Shown: positions 8,327 to 18,167, counted from the stretch's first letter. The stretch is DNA of 32,000 nt from Halomicronema hongdechloris C2206 (GCF_002075285.3 NZ_CP021983.2:1140001-1172000), one strand, 5' to 3'. Numbers and translations: made by a program. Notes: a model not told the origin generated them from the letters alone.

Positions 8327-8708
8327 GAAGTAAAAAATATAGAAACTGGAACCATAAACCACCAAATTTCTCCAGATTTAACCCGAGATAATTGGCAAAT
8401 ACCACCGGCAAGTTGCCTGCCAATGCCTGTCACACCGATCACTATAGCTCCCCGTAAAACCCCCCTGTAATCCCTAGTTCAGCTTCCTGACTTCTTCAGA
8501 TTATCTGATTATTATTAAACAATCCTCATTGATGGATAGTCTCGCATTAGCCCCTTTGGGAGCTATGCGCTATCGACTCAACCCTCCTAATTCTCCCGCC
8601 TGGGAGATTTCCTAATTTGACATAGCTTCCCCCTGGTAGCTAGTGGTTTCTCTGCACACTAAAGCTATCACTGGGGGGAGCGTTGATATTGCAGAAACTG
8701 TTGAGATC

Positions 8709-8993
8709 ATGCCTCTTTTGTCTTCCGTAGCCTCAGACCTGGAGATATTTCAGCCAGCTTTTAGGTTAGGTCAGTTGCTAGCCCCCTGGGCAGTATTAGC
8801 ATTAATTGGTTGGAGACTCTGGGTAACGCTGCGCGATGTCATCAGATACACGGCTCATCATCACGCTATTCCCTGCTCGAAATGTAAGTTCTTTACGGGA
8901 GATTATCGCTTAAAATGCACCCTTCACCCTGACATTGCCATGTCTGAAGGGGCTATTGACTGTGCTGATTTTTGTCGTAGTGATGCTCGATAA
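8709..8993 (+). CDS. Hypothetical small membrane protein with a Cys-rich C-terminus
   Basis: One predicted TM (LLAPWAVLALIGWRLWV), then HHHAIPCSKCKFF...LKCTLHP...IDCADFC (CxxC plus 3 more Cys). The ORF-track start is GTG 8643; ATG 8709 is chosen here. No family recognised. Confidence 0.5.
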   Translation: MPLLSSVASDLEIFQPAFRLGQLLAPWAVLALIGWRLWVTLRDVIRYTAHHHAIPCSKCKFFTGDYRLKCTLHPDIAMSEGAIDCADFCRSDAR

Positions 8994-9366
8994 ACAGTCA
9001 AGGCAGTCGGCTAATAGGTCTAGGTCGGATCAGATCCTCGATTAGCAACGTTGTCTACATCGCTAACGATACTGTTCGCAAGCCTCATGTTACGGCGCTA
9101 AAGGGCATTGATGGTGTGACATGCGCTGCTGCCGGGAGTGCTGGTCATGTTAGTCAGAGCGATGATAGTGCTGTTCGAGATAGTCACAGAGCTCTGGCGG
9201 GTATGATGCCTGATGCTTCAGTTTACTGAGGGGAGAGAGAAAGCATCCTGGTCGAGAAGACTGCCCCTGGAGATTTTGGGAGCCTAAGTACCCCTTTAAT
9301 CCCGACCGCTATGGTATAAGTCTCTCAGCAGATGCTTCTCTGATCACGCACCCGGCGTTTCTCTTC

Positions 9367-9669
9367 ATGCAACTGACCCCGCAGGAAAAAGATAAGCTCC
9401 TCGTCTTCACCGCCGCCCTTCTAGCGGAACGTCGCAAAGATCGAGGCCTGAAGCTGAACCACCCCGAAGCCGTCGCCTATATTTCAGCCGCTATTCTGGA
9501 GGGGGCTAGAGAGGGTCGTACCGTCGCTGACCTGATGGCCTACGGCACTACTCTCCTAAGTCGTAATGACGTCATGGACGGCGTGGCCGACATGATCCAT
9601 GATGTGCAGGTGGAAGCTACCTTTCCCGATGGCACCAAGCTGGTCACCGTCCATGACCCGATCCGTTGA
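9367..9669 (+). CDS. ureA: Urease subunit gamma (UreA)
   Basis: [57 protein letters not shown]...KLVTVHDPI is the canonical 100-aa UreA. Confidence 0.95.
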   Translation: MQLTPQEKDKLLVFTAALLAERRKDRGLKLNHPEAVAYISAAILEGAREGRTVADLMAYGTTLLSRNDVMDGVADMIHDVQVEATFPDGTKLVTVHDPIR

Positions 9670-9671
9670 CC

Positions 9672-10727
9672 ATGACTGATCGTCCCGATCCCATCGATCA
9701 TCCCCTCACCCCTGCCATGCGGCAGCAGCTGTTGACCCAACTGATCGGGGCATTGGAGCATTACGTATTCCCCGAGACGGCTGCTCAGTTGCAACAGGAG
9801 TTGCGCCAACGCTTGGAGACCGATGGCTATGGGGATATTCTTGGGGCCGAACAACTAGCTCATACCCTCACCCTACAGTTGCAGACCCTGAGCCGAGATC
9901 AGCAACTGCGACTACACTACAGCCCAGCTCCTTTACCTGAAATTGAGCCTGACGCCGAGCCCGATTCGGCAGACCTGGCCCAGCAGCAGCAGCTGAGCCA
10001 ACGCCGTAATTTTGATATTAATCGAGTGGAGCGACTGCCTGGCAATGTGGGCTATTTAGAGCTATATGGATTTGAGCCGCCCGAGTTTGCCGGAGACACC
10101 TTAGCAGCGGCCATGACTTTTTTGGCCCACACAGACGCCCTGATCATCGATTTGCGCCACAATCGCGGCGGCTCCCCTGGACTAGTCACCCTCCTGTGCA
10201 GCTATCTATTTCCAGCCTATCCCCCCCTACATCTCAATGATCTCTACTGGCGGGATGGAGACACGATTCAGCAGTGGTGGACTCTGCCCTATGTGCCAGG
10301 ACCTCGTTATGGTCAACCGCCAGTGTATGTGCTGACCAGCCCAGACACTTTCTCAGCAGCAGAGGAATGTGCCTACAATCTGCAGGCCCGTCAACGGGCC
10401 ACCATCGTGGGGGAAACGACCCAGGGAGGAGCCAATCCCGGCCGAGGCTATCGACTCACCGACCACTTTTGGATATTTTTGCCCATGGGGCGGGCCATCA
10501 ATCCGGTTACTGGCGACAATTGGAACGATACCGGTGTAGTACCTGATGTGAAAGTCCCCGCCGAATTGGCCCTGAAGACGGCTCACCTGATGGCAGTAAC
10601 CCATCTGCAAGACCAACCCCAACCGACTGGGCTACACCAGGAGCTCCAGCAGACCCAGCACCGGGTGGAGCAGGAACTCAACCAAATGCGTCGAGATTTG
10701 ATTAGCCAATTGGGAGGCTTGAAATGA
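9672..10727 (+). CDS. Peptidase S41-family protein, IRBP-like subgroup (N-terminal IRBP-type domain + S41 domain), inserted between ureA and ureB
   Basis: N-terminus [22 protein letters not shown]...[14 protein letters not shown]...DQQLRLHY. S41 core [52 protein letters not shown]. Start is ATG 9672, or TTG 9666 overlapping the ureA stop. The stop overlaps the ureB ATG (ATGA 10724-10727). Confidence 0.8.
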   Translation: MTDRPDPIDHPLTPAMRQQLLTQLIGALEHYVFPETAAQLQQELRQRLETDGYGDILGAEQLAHTLTLQLQTLSRDQQLRLHYSPAPLPEIEPDAEPDSADLAQQQQLSQRRNFDINRVERLPGNVGYLELYGFEPPEFAGDTLAAAMTFLAHTDALIIDLRHNRGGSPGLVTLLCSYLFPAYPPLHLNDLYWRDGDTIQQWWTLPYVPGPRYGQPPVYVLTSPDTFSAAEECAYNLQARQRATIVGETTQGGANPGRGYRLTDHFWIFLPMGRAINPVTGDNWNDTGVVPDVKVPAELALKTAHLMAVTHLQDQPQPTGLHQELQQTQHRVEQELNQMRRDLISQLGGLK

Positions 10728-11029
10728 TTCCAGGGGAATTGATACCAGCTGAAGGGGAGATTGAACTGAACCCAGGCCGACCCACCCGAGTACTATCGGT
10801 GGCCAATACCGGGGATCGACCGATTCAGGTGGGATCTCACTTTCACTTCTATGAGGTCAATGACGCCTTGAGATTTGACCGCGACCAGGCCAAGGGCATG
10901 CGGCTCGATATTCCGGCAGGGACAGCTGTCCGCTTCGAGCCGGGAGATGAGCGCGAGGTGACGCTGGTTCCTCTGGCGGGACAACGTCAGGTCTATGGTT
11001 TCAATGGCCGGGTCAACGGCGCTCTCTAA
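10724..11029 (+). CDS. ureB: Urease subunit beta (UreB)
   Basis: [19 protein letters not shown]...[24 protein letters not shown]...[18 protein letters not shown] is canonical UreB. GGGAGG SD at 10712-10717. Confidence 0.95.
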   Translation: MIPGELIPAEGEIELNPGRPTRVLSVANTGDRPIQVGSHFHFYEVNDALRFDRDQAKGMRLDIPAGTAVRFEPGDEREVTLVPLAGQRQVYGFNGRVNGAL

Positions 11030-11040
11030 GGTGGCCTAGG

Positions 11041-12414
11041 ATGCTAGCTTGGCTGTCTGCGGTGATGTTGGCTCAAGCCACTCCTGCCGCAGAAATCATT
11101 CGCCCGCAAGCGGTACGCCCCCTACCCGGGCAGTTAGATACGGTCCCCGTTTTTAATAGCAATAGTCCTGAGCTGGTAGAGGAACCGGGGATTTTACTGT
11201 CCACTTTTCCCTCCCAGGATATGGCCGTGCCCGAGGCTCACTTAGATTTTCCATTGAGCGGTCGCTTCGATATCTTTGCTCACCACGTGGCCCGGGCTCC
11301 AGCCCCGGGAGAGGTTACCAGTCTCTATCTGGGAATCTTGGCCCATAATCCCAGCAATGCCCCAGTCATCTTGGACATTCTGACTGCTGCCAGCTACTTG
11401 AGCCAGCCAGATGCGCCCTTTGTGCCCCTGCCGGAGTTAGTGGAATTTGCTCCCTGGGCACCAGTGTTTGCCGGACCGGGTAGTCGGGTGATGCTGGATG
11501 TTCTGCGGCAACAGCGATTGCCGGAGTTGCCGCCTCAGCAGATCATTCCGCCGGGCCAAAGCGAGCTGCTGTTTAATCAGCCGATTCCGGTGCGGACTCT
11601 GGAACCTCCTATTAATGGCCGCTCTACTCTGATGCAGTTGCGCAGTAGTGGAGCGCTGCATGTGGCTAGTTTGGCTCGCTATGCCCCGATTACCTGGTAT
11701 GGCCAGGAACGGGCTCCGACCCTGCTGGAGTGGCAAACGCTGCTAATGACCCAGGGATTAGCGGGTCCCCGCGATCGCATCCCCACTCCCCTTAGTGCTA
11801 CTGCTGGGCCGGTGATCTATGGCCGGGTCGCCGGGGTGGCCCAGGGCTCCCAATGGCAGGCCCGCCTCACCGACGAGGGCACCAACTTGCTGGCCATTCC
11901 GGCGGCAGGACAGACGTTCTCCTATGGCATCAGCACCCTCTATGCCGGCCGCATGGGCACTGGCCAGAGCCAGAGCGGCGAGATGCTGGTGCGCTATCCT
12001 GACACCGCCTATGAGGCCCATGGCAACTATGGAGTGCACTACAATCTGGCTCTGCCGCTGCACAATCCGACGGAACAGCCCCAAACCGTGACCGTGGCCC
12101 TGGACACGGCCTTGAAAGAAGACACTCTCTCGCAAGCGGGACCTCGGTTCCTGGAATCTCCGGGACCGCAGCTCTTTTTTCGGGGGCCGGTACGGCTGAT
12201 CTATACCAATGACCAGGGGACGCAGCAGATTCGCTATCTGCATCTAGTGCAACGTCGGGGGCAGCAGGGACCGCCCCTGATCACACTGACCCTGGCCTCG
12301 GCAGAGGTGCGTCTGGTTCAGGTAGATTTGCTCTATCCGCCCGATTCCACCCCGCCCCAACTACTGACGATCCAGACCCTAGGGGTCACGGGTACCAATG
12401 CAACCCCTGACTAG
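11041..12414 (+). CDS. Conserved cyanobacterial secreted protein of unknown function (recalled as resembling the DUF3370 family)
   Basis: 457-aa ORF starting 11 nt after ureB with an AAGGTGG SD. N-terminal signal-like MLAWLSAVMLAQATPAAE, then LPGQLDTVPVFNSNSPELV. The family name comes from memory only and is not verified. Confidence 0.65.
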   Translation: MLAWLSAVMLAQATPAAEIIRPQAVRPLPGQLDTVPVFNSNSPELVEEPGILLSTFPSQDMAVPEAHLDFPLSGRFDIFAHHVARAPAPGEVTSLYLGILAHNPSNAPVILDILTAASYLSQPDAPFVPLPELVEFAPWAPVFAGPGSRVMLDVLRQQRLPELPPQQIIPPGQSELLFNQPIPVRTLEPPINGRSTLMQLRSSGALHVASLARYAPITWYGQERAPTLLEWQTLLMTQGLAGPRDRIPTPLSATAGPVIYGRVAGVAQGSQWQARLTDEGTNLLAIPAAGQTFSYGISTLYAGRMGTGQSQSGEMLVRYPDTAYEAHGNYGVHYNLALPLHNPTEQPQTVTVALDTALKEDTLSQAGPRFLESPGPQLFFRGPVRLIYTNDQGTQQIRYLHLVQRRGQQGPPLITLTLASAEVRLVQVDLLYPPDSTPPQLLTIQTLGVTGTNATPD

Positions 12415-12489
12415 CAGATGGCTATGGGCCACTGCACTGCCCAGTTATCGAGCCGCGCTCATAGGTCTCACAGGGCACAACTTGTCCGG

Positions 12490-13167
12490 TTAGGTCATTC
12501 GCAGCATTTCATTGCCGCCCCGTTGAAATTCGTAGGCGACGGGGTGGCGCTGCAGCTGGTAGCCTTCTGCCTTGAGGGTGGCCAGGACCGGGGCTAGGTA
12601 ACGGGAGGGACAACTGCCCAGCTCCAGCAGGGGAAAGATGCGGACTTCCCGGGCTACCCGTCGCAGTTCCCGTAGAGAGGCTAGGTGGAAGTCGAGGTCG
12701 AATTGGGGGCTGTAGAGAAACAGCAGGTGGGAGCACAGGGCCAGATCGAAGCTCTGATCGGCAAAGGGCAACTGGGGGAGACTGGCGGTGAGGTAGCGGC
12801 CAGCAGCTTTACCAGCGGTATAGTCGGCTAGAAATTGGTCCATGGCTGCTAGGCGCACCCGCCCTAGCTCCTCTGGAGAACCTAGGGTATCCCAGACAAA
12901 CTCCTGGGCGTTTTGGCGCACGCCCTCTAGCACTTGGTCGAAGCAGGTCTGGATGCGATCGCAAATGGCCTCCACATCGAAGTGATAAAGGGGATCCACC
13001 GAAATTACCCGTCCACCCCGCCGAGTCAGCTCACCGTTAAAGGCGGCAGGGCCATCGCCACAGCCGAGGAGACGCCCCTGCAAGTCCTGGGGGGACAAAT
13101 TAAACATCGCCACGTATTCGTCAAAGGAGCGTCCCCAGGGAACGACTTGACTAAGGGTAAAGGCCAT
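12490..13167 (-). CDS. Class I SAM-dependent methyltransferase
   Basis: Motif I-like LLGCGDGPAAF, then VISVDPLY and FDLALCSHLLFLY. Start placed at ATG 13167 (MAFTLSQVVPWGRSFDEY); the ORF track extends to 13266. Confidence 0.7.
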   Translation of the reverse strand: MAFTLSQVVPWGRSFDEYVAMFNLSPQDLQGRLLGCGDGPAAFNGELTRRGGRVISVDPLYHFDVEAICDRIQTCFDQVLEGVRQNAQEFVWDTLGSPEELGRVRLAAMDQFLADYTAGKAAGRYLTASLPQLPFADQSFDLALCSHLLFLYSPQFDLDFHLASLRELRRVAREVRIFPLLELGSCPSRYLAPVLATLKAEGYQLQRHPVAYEFQRGGNEMLRMT

Positions 13168-13226
13168 GGAATGACTCTCTCTAGGGGGCTTATGGATTTT
13201 ACGCGCGTAGTGTATCCATCCGAGAA

Positions 13227-13529
13227 CTACTGTAAGCCCGTGGGTTGCCCTAGGATTGACCCACACTGGGTGAGCGGAGTCGAACCTAGCCGCTCGATCA
13301 AAAATAATACCTCTGCCGCGTCGTCGTAATCGAGGGCGGAGTCATCGGCCAGGGCCGCGTCGCGAGAGCCATTGAGGATGGCAACCACTGCCTGGATGAG
13401 TTGCTTGCGGGAGTCTGGTATTTCTGGGGCCTTTGTCAGCCCGTCAAACAGTGACTGGACTTCATCGACCTGCTGCTGAGCCAGCAGATCCAGAACGTGG
13501 CTACCAGCTTCCACCGTAATACTGCGCAT
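13227..13529 (-). CDS. Hypothetical protein (100 aa, acidic)
   Basis: ATG 13529 is preceded by AGGGGGA. MRSITVEAGSHVLDLLAQQQVDEV... No family recognised. Same strand as, and just upstream of, the methyltransferase. Confidence 0.45.
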   Translation of the reverse strand: MRSITVEAGSHVLDLLAQQQVDEVQSLFDGLTKAPEIPDSRKQLIQAVVAILNGSRDAALADDSALDYDDAAEVLFLIERLGSTPLTQCGSILGQPTGLQ

Positions 13530-13649
13530 AATCCCCCTGCTGCCGATAGGCCAGGTAGGCATCGCGGGCCTACTGCCATGATGCCCGAGCCGCTGGGGGG
13601 TTGCCAGTGGCGGTTTCAATATTGTGCAGAATGCTGAAGGTTAGAGGCG

Positions 13650-13916
13650 ATGACTATGCACGAGGCATTAAAGCGCTACTGTTCTGTGTTTCATCCTGAT
13701 ATCAAGAAGGTGTCCACCCTGCCCTTCTGGTTTGTTAAGGTGCTGGCGGTTATCACACGCAACCAAGAACTTGATGTTGTAGGCCAATTGATGTCCTATT
13801 TTGAAAAGGTCGGCGAAGGAGGCGATCCAACCGAAGCCAACCACTCTTTAGGTGCGCCAACGACGACTTTAAATGAGTGGCTTGAGAAGAGAAAAGCAAG
13901 ACTCGGCGTGGCTTAA
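13650..13916 (+). pseudogene. Orphan C-terminal fragment resembling the tail of NAD(P)H-binding NmrA/atypical-SDR-like proteins
   Basis: The 88-aa ORF (...KKVSTLPFWFVKVLAVITRNQEL...YFEKVGEGGDPTEAN..LGAPTTTLNEWLE) has no Rossmann-fold N-terminal part upstream, where the opposite-strand gene lies. The family call is from memory. Confidence 0.4.
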
Positions 13917-13993
13917 CCGTTCAGGGGGTTACGAAAGCTTTATGTAGAAAGCAATACAGACTGATGCCTTGACGCATTATTTTGGGAGAGCAT

Positions 13994-14477
13994 ATGAAGA
14001 GAGTAAAGATTGTAGGAGGGTTGGTGACCGCGCTGGTCTTCATCGGCGTCTTTTGGCTGGTTGGGCGATGGGATTGGGTCAGAGGATGGGCCTTTATCGG
14101 GCTTCTGATTATTGGCCGAATGATTAGCGCACCGTATCTATGGCGCAAAAATCCCGAACTGATGAGGAGACGGGGGCAGTTTGGTAAAGGGACGAAAATC
14201 AACGGTGAGAATACAACGCGATCGCAACCATCAAGTGATTCAGTCTGGCCCCTATGGCATCGTTCGCCATCCCGGCTATATTGCTACGATGCTGGGGTTA
14301 GTGCTGGCGACTCCCTTGCTCCTAGGCTCGTGGTGGGCGTTTATTCCAGCTATGCTTTCTACGCTGTGTCTGATCCTCCGCACCGCCCTGGAGGATCGAA
14401 CCCTGCAAAAAGAACTTCCAGGCTATGAAGCTTACATGCGGAAAGTGCGCTACCGACTGATACCAGGTTTATGGTGA
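13994..14477 (+). pseudogene. Isoprenylcysteine carboxyl methyltransferase (ICMT/PEMT-like) family gene with an internal deletion and frameshift
   Basis: The N-terminal part MKRVKIVGGL...LWRKNPELMRRRGQFGKGTK (frame of 13982) switches near 14198-14205 to the frame of ORF 14181. That frame encodes the C-terminal core VRIQRDRNHQVIQSGPYGIVRHPGYIATMLG...LEDRTLQKELPGYEAYMRKVRYRLIPGLW. The central TM region expected between these parts is missing. Confidence 0.6.
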
Positions 14478-14707
14478 ATGGGTTGGCACAAATTGCGTCG
14501 GCTTGTCGTTGCTCCGTATGCTGCACCGAAGCCTTGTTCAGTGGTGCTGAAGTGGCCGCAAAATATGCCCCGCCGTCAGAGTGAAAAGCACCTGTTTCCC
14601 ACGGCACTGCCTTGTTAGTGCTGTCCTATCCAATTGATTGCCTTAATAACTTCCTCACAAGTCGTTTGTAGCGTGGAGGGGTAGCCAGCTTAGGGATCTA
14701 TGCCGCT

Positions 14708-15211
14708 ATGGATATGAATCTTGAAGAAAACACCCAAGAAAAATTCAAGCTTACCCACGCCCCGCCAGTCCCAGGCTCCTCTGAGACACAACCGCAATGG
14801 CTGATCTTAAAATCAGGACTGCTCTACTTTGCGATCGTGTTTGCAGTCGGCTTCATATTGGGGCCTATTCGGGTGCTTTGGGCGGTTCCTCGCTTTGGCA
14901 CCAGAGTTGGTGAACTGATGGAAATGCCCTTTATGCTAATCGCCATTATTCTGGCGGCACTCTGGGTGGTTCGACGGCTGTCTGTTCCACCCGGATTATG
15001 GACGAGGTTATGCATGGGGCTGGTAGCGCTGGGATTCTTGCTAATCGCTGAGTTTGGGGCCGTACTTCAACTGTGGGGATTATCGATCGCTGAGTATTTA
15101 GCAAATCGCGACCCGGTGTCAGGCACTATCTATATTCTGATGCTCGGTGTGTTTGCCGCCATGCCATGGCTGGTGTCTCGGAAAAAACGAGGCGGGCACC
15201 TCTCCTCTTGA
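14708..15211 (+). CDS. Hypothetical integral membrane protein (about 4 TM)
   Basis: 167-aa ORF with four hydrophobic stretches and a basic C-terminus. No family recognised. Confidence 0.5.
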   Translation: MDMNLEENTQEKFKLTHAPPVPGSSETQPQWLILKSGLLYFAIVFAVGFILGPIRVLWAVPRFGTRVGELMEMPFMLIAIILAALWVVRRLSVPPGLWTRLCMGLVALGFLLIAEFGAVLQLWGLSIAEYLANRDPVSGTIYILMLGVFAAMPWLVSRKKRGGHLSS

Positions 15212-15251
15212 GTCCAGTTGACTGATACTTGATTGACAGGGAGATAGGTTT

Positions 15252-17678
15252 ATGCGATTCCCAAAATGGTGGCCTCGGCTATCCAGACCCAGTTCTAGGG
15301 TTGGGAGAGGGTTTGTGCTGGTCGCGTTACTGGTGCTAAGTGTGATCCTGGCGCTGGCTCAATTAGTGCCGCCAGCCCCATTGTCTGCGAGCGCGACCCC
15401 CACCCAGTTTTCTGCTCAGCGGGCTATGCCCCATTTAGAAGCGATCGCCCACCAATCCCGCTATGCTGGGTCACCAGGACACACTGCCGCGCGGGAACAT
15501 CTGATCGATGCCATCGCAGCCCTCGGCTTGGAGCCAGAAGTCCAGAGCACGACGGTGGTGCAACGATGGCCAGGGGCAACCCGTTTTGAGGTCGGTACTG
15601 TCCAGAATGTGTTGGTGCGCCTAGCGGGAACGGCCAGCACGGGAGCGATCGCTCTGGATGGGCATTACGACTCCGGCCCGACAGCGCCTGGCGCAGCGGA
15701 TTGCGGCGGTTGCGTGGCAACCCTGCTAGAGACCTTGCGAGCGCTGCGGGCAGGTCCGCCACTCCAGAATGACGTGATTTTTGTCTTCGCCGATGCCGAA
15801 GAGACTGGCGATCTGGGGGCACATGCCTTTGTCACCCAACATCCCTGGAACCAAGATGTGCGGCTGGCCATTAATTTTGAGGCCACAGGTAACCAGGGAC
15901 CTAGCGTCTTATACAGCACTAACCACAACAACCAACGTCTAATTGCAGGCTTCGTTAGTGCCTCGCCTCATCCGGTGGCCCATTCCTTCGCATCGGCATT
16001 TCTGCATTGGTTGCCGATGCTGCGGGGTGGCTGCGATCTAGAAGAATTCATGGATCGGGGGAGTGCTGGACTCGGCTTTGCTTTGGCAGGCAACACTACT
16101 GGTTATCATACAAAGCTGGACAATGTTCAAACCTTCGATCGCCGTAGCCTGCAACACCAGGGGTCCTACGCGCTGGCCCTAGTGCAGTATTTTGGCAATC
16201 AAGATCTCACAACGCTGCAAACCTCCAACACAAAATCCCAGAGTGCGGTTTATTTCAACGTTTTGCCGAAGGTTGTCGTGTACTATTCGACAGCCTGGGC
16301 GATGCCACTGGCAGCGGCGGTGAGCCTGCTGTATTTGGGCGTAGTTGGGCTGGGGTTACGACGTCGGCAGTTGTCCCTCAAAGGACTGCTGGTGGGCGCG
16401 ATCGTATTTGGCATCAGCGCGATCGCCGCTGTGCTGCTAGCAGCTTTGCTCTGGTGGGGCATCAAAACCGCCAACAGCAACCTGCAGGTGACGATGGTGG
16501 GTCACTATCGCACCTTGCATTATTTCGTAGGGTTGGTGTGCTTTACCGTAGCCCTGATGGCGATCGCTCAGCTCTGGCTGCAGAAAAAACTGAGCCTGAG
16601 TAATCGCATAGCAGGAGCCTTACTCGTCTGGGATGGTTTGATGCTGCTCACCAGTGCCCAGACACCGGATATCAGCTACCTGTTTACCTTCCCCTTGCTG
16701 TTTAGTCTGCTGCTGCTGGGTTGGCAGCTGCTTGACCCGAGATTTCGGCTGGGCTCCTGGGTGCATATTCTGGCGCTGACCTTGGCCGCCCTGCCGGGGA
16801 CGCTCTTGCTGCTGCCTGCCATGGTGACCCCCAACCTGGCCTGGATGCTGCGATTTGAATACGCGAGTCCGCTCCCCTTTCTGGCCCTCTCGCTGATCTT
16901 CGTGGTGCTGCTGATGGGTCTCCTGATTCCCCATGTGGAGGTGCTGACAGCAAATCCGCGTCAGGCCCTGCGGCCATCTCGAAGTGATTGGAGCCGTCGC
17001 TGGCTGCTGCCAGGACTCTTGCTGCTTGCCAGCGGCCTGATCTTCAGCGTTGCCACGGCGACCTCTGGCTTCGATGCCGATCATCCCAGACCCAATCTCA
17101 TTGCCTACGAATTGAATGTCGATTCGGGTGAAGCCACCTGGGTCAGTGAAGATGCTCAGTTGGATGATTGGACCGCACAATTTTTTCCAGCTCAAACGCC
17201 GAAGACAGCATACGAAACATTTCTGGGGATGCGAACCCAAGCCTTTCAAGCCCCAGCCCCCATTGTCCCCTTGGCAGCCCCCGATGTTGAGCTGCTCAGC
17301 GATACAGTGAGTGGACGCGATCGCAGGCTTCATCTGCGTCTGACCTCACCTCGGCAAGCAGTAAATTTGCATGGAGAGATAGCGGCTGGCGGCGTGATTA
17401 CGGCAGCAACGGTGAATGGTCAGGAAATGGACCTGGCCCCGTTTCCACTGGAAGCGCGCGATCATCTCGCCTTTAGTTACTACAACCTTCCCCCCGATGG
17501 CATTGACTTAATCCTGACGGTGCAGTCCGCCCAGCCACTTCAGTTGACCCTCAGAGATACGTCCTATGGGCCACCGCAGATTCCTGATCAGGCGATCGCG
17601 CCTCGTCCCGCTGACAAAATGCCTGCCGCTGTCTCAGAACGAGACCCCACCGCTGTGATGAAAACCTTTCGACTTTGA
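15252..17678 (+). CDS. Membrane-anchored M28 family metallopeptidase (ERMP1/Fxna-like architecture: M28 domain + multi-TM region + C-terminal domain)
   Basis: M28 zinc-ligand style motifs LDGHYDS, DCGGCVATLLE, FVFADAEETGDLGAHAF, INFEATG. About 8-9 hydrophobic helices between residues ~340 and 600. Confidence 0.85.
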   Translation: MRFPKWWPRLSRPSSRVGRGFVLVALLVLSVILALAQLVPPAPLSASATPTQFSAQRAMPHLEAIAHQSRYAGSPGHTAAREHLIDAIAALGLEPEVQSTTVVQRWPGATRFEVGTVQNVLVRLAGTASTGAIALDGHYDSGPTAPGAADCGGCVATLLETLRALRAGPPLQNDVIFVFADAEETGDLGAHAFVTQHPWNQDVRLAINFEATGNQGPSVLYSTNHNNQRLIAGFVSASPHPVAHSFASAFLHWLPMLRGGCDLEEFMDRGSAGLGFALAGNTTGYHTKLDNVQTFDRRSLQHQGSYALALVQYFGNQDLTTLQTSNTKSQSAVYFNVLPKVVVYYSTAWAMPLAAAVSLLYLGVVGLGLRRRQLSLKGLLVGAIVFGISAIAAVLLAALLWWGIKTANSNLQVTMVGHYRTLHYFVGLVCFTVALMAIAQLWLQKKLSLSNRIAGALLVWDGLMLLTSAQTPDISYLFTFPLLFSLLLLGWQLLDPRFRLGSWVHILALTLAALPGTLLLLPAMVTPNLAWMLRFEYASPLPFLALSLIFVVLLMGLLIPHVEVLTANPRQALRPSRSDWSRRWLLPGLLLLASGLIFSVATATSGFDADHPRPNLIAYELNVDSGEATWVSEDAQLDDWTAQFFPAQTPKTAYETFLGMRTQAFQAPAPIVPLAAPDVELLSDTVSGRDRRLHLRLTSPRQAVNLHGEIAAGGVITAATVNGQEMDLAPFPLEARDHLAFSYYNLPPDGIDLILTVQSAQPLQLTLRDTSYGPPQIPDQAIAPRPADKMPAAVSERDPTAVMKTFRL

Positions 17679-17686
17679 ATCACCCA

Positions 17687-17950
17687 ATGTACACCTCAAC
17701 AATACTCGGGTTTAAAACTATGAGCAATCCACAGCGAAAAAAATTCTGGATCGGTTTTTTAGGTTTTTTAGGATTTCTGGGGTTTCTAGCCTTTGCCCAA
17801 GATGCACCGCCATTACTCTTCTATTTCACGTTCTTTTCTTTCTTTAGTGCTTTTCGCTATCTGAGAGAAGAGCTAAAGTATCTGGGACTCCTTGGAGTAG
17901 TCGGATTTATTGTTGCAATATTGGGAGTTTTAGGCATCATTTCCGTCTGA
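17687..17950 (+). CDS. Small hydrophobic protein with a GFLGFLGFLGFL repeat
   Basis: The ORF overlaps the M28 stop codon. Candidate starts are ATG 17687, ATG 17720, or TTG 17675 as in the ORF track. WIGFLGFLGFLGFLAF is followed by two more hydrophobic segments. It is reminiscent of DUF3796-type small proteins (memory only). Confidence 0.45.
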   Translation: MYTSTILGFKTMSNPQRKKFWIGFLGFLGFLGFLAFAQDAPPLLFYFTFFSFFSAFRYLREELKYLGLLGVVGFIVAILGVLGIISV

Positions 17951-18167
17951 TCCTGTGTTTCACTTGAGAGATACCTATCCACCCTGATTAGCTGTCTTAC
18001 TAGTCACTTAGGGGGTATCCATAGCTCTCGACAACACCTGGCATTGAAAACTGGGTTTCCTTTGTATTCAAGTTCTATGCCAACGCCGTTGACAATCTGA
18101 TTTTTGTCATCCTGCTAATGCTGTCGCTGACGATTACAAGGCAGAAAATTCTGATGAAAGATAGACC

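Noticed and set aside
8239-8442. ORF 8239-8442(-) 67 aa and ORF 7817-8080(-) 87 aa around rfpC.
   Set aside because: They overlap rfpC or its flanks on the antisense strand, and they have no SD, no motif and a composition atypical of coding sequence.
8440-8640. Short inverted and direct repeats between rfpC and the Cys-rich ORF: tatagctcccc / gggagctat, the hairpin tctccc-gcct-gggaga flanked by cctaatt repeats, and TTGACA at 8617.
   Set aside because: The stems are 6-9 bp and could arise by chance in 350 bp of AT-rich spacer. The spacing from TTGACA to any -10-like hexamer is poor. Noted but not called as a feature.
9000-9366. NtcA-type site (GTA-N8-TAC) or nitrogen-regulated promoter upstream of ureA.
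   Set aside because: Only degenerate matches were found (tGTCtacatcgcTAAc near 9053; GTAcccctttaATC near 9290), and they have the wrong spacing to any -10-like hexamer. This is not enough to call a site.
12415-12489. Terminator between the convergent secreted-protein gene and the methyltransferase gene.
   Set aside because: No convincing stem-loop with a T-tract was found in the 75-bp gap.
16620-17333. Long antisense ORFs inside confident genes: 16620-17333(-) 237 aa, 11758-12243(-) 161 aa, 15424-15822(-), 4041-4346(-), 29991-30323(-), 30822-31211(-), 25317-25655(+).
   Set aside because: They fully overlap genes with clear family motifs on the other strand. Their translations are Arg/Gly/Pro/Gln-rich and low in complexity, as expected for shadow frames in GC-rich coding DNA. 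No motifs or ribosome-binding sites were seen.
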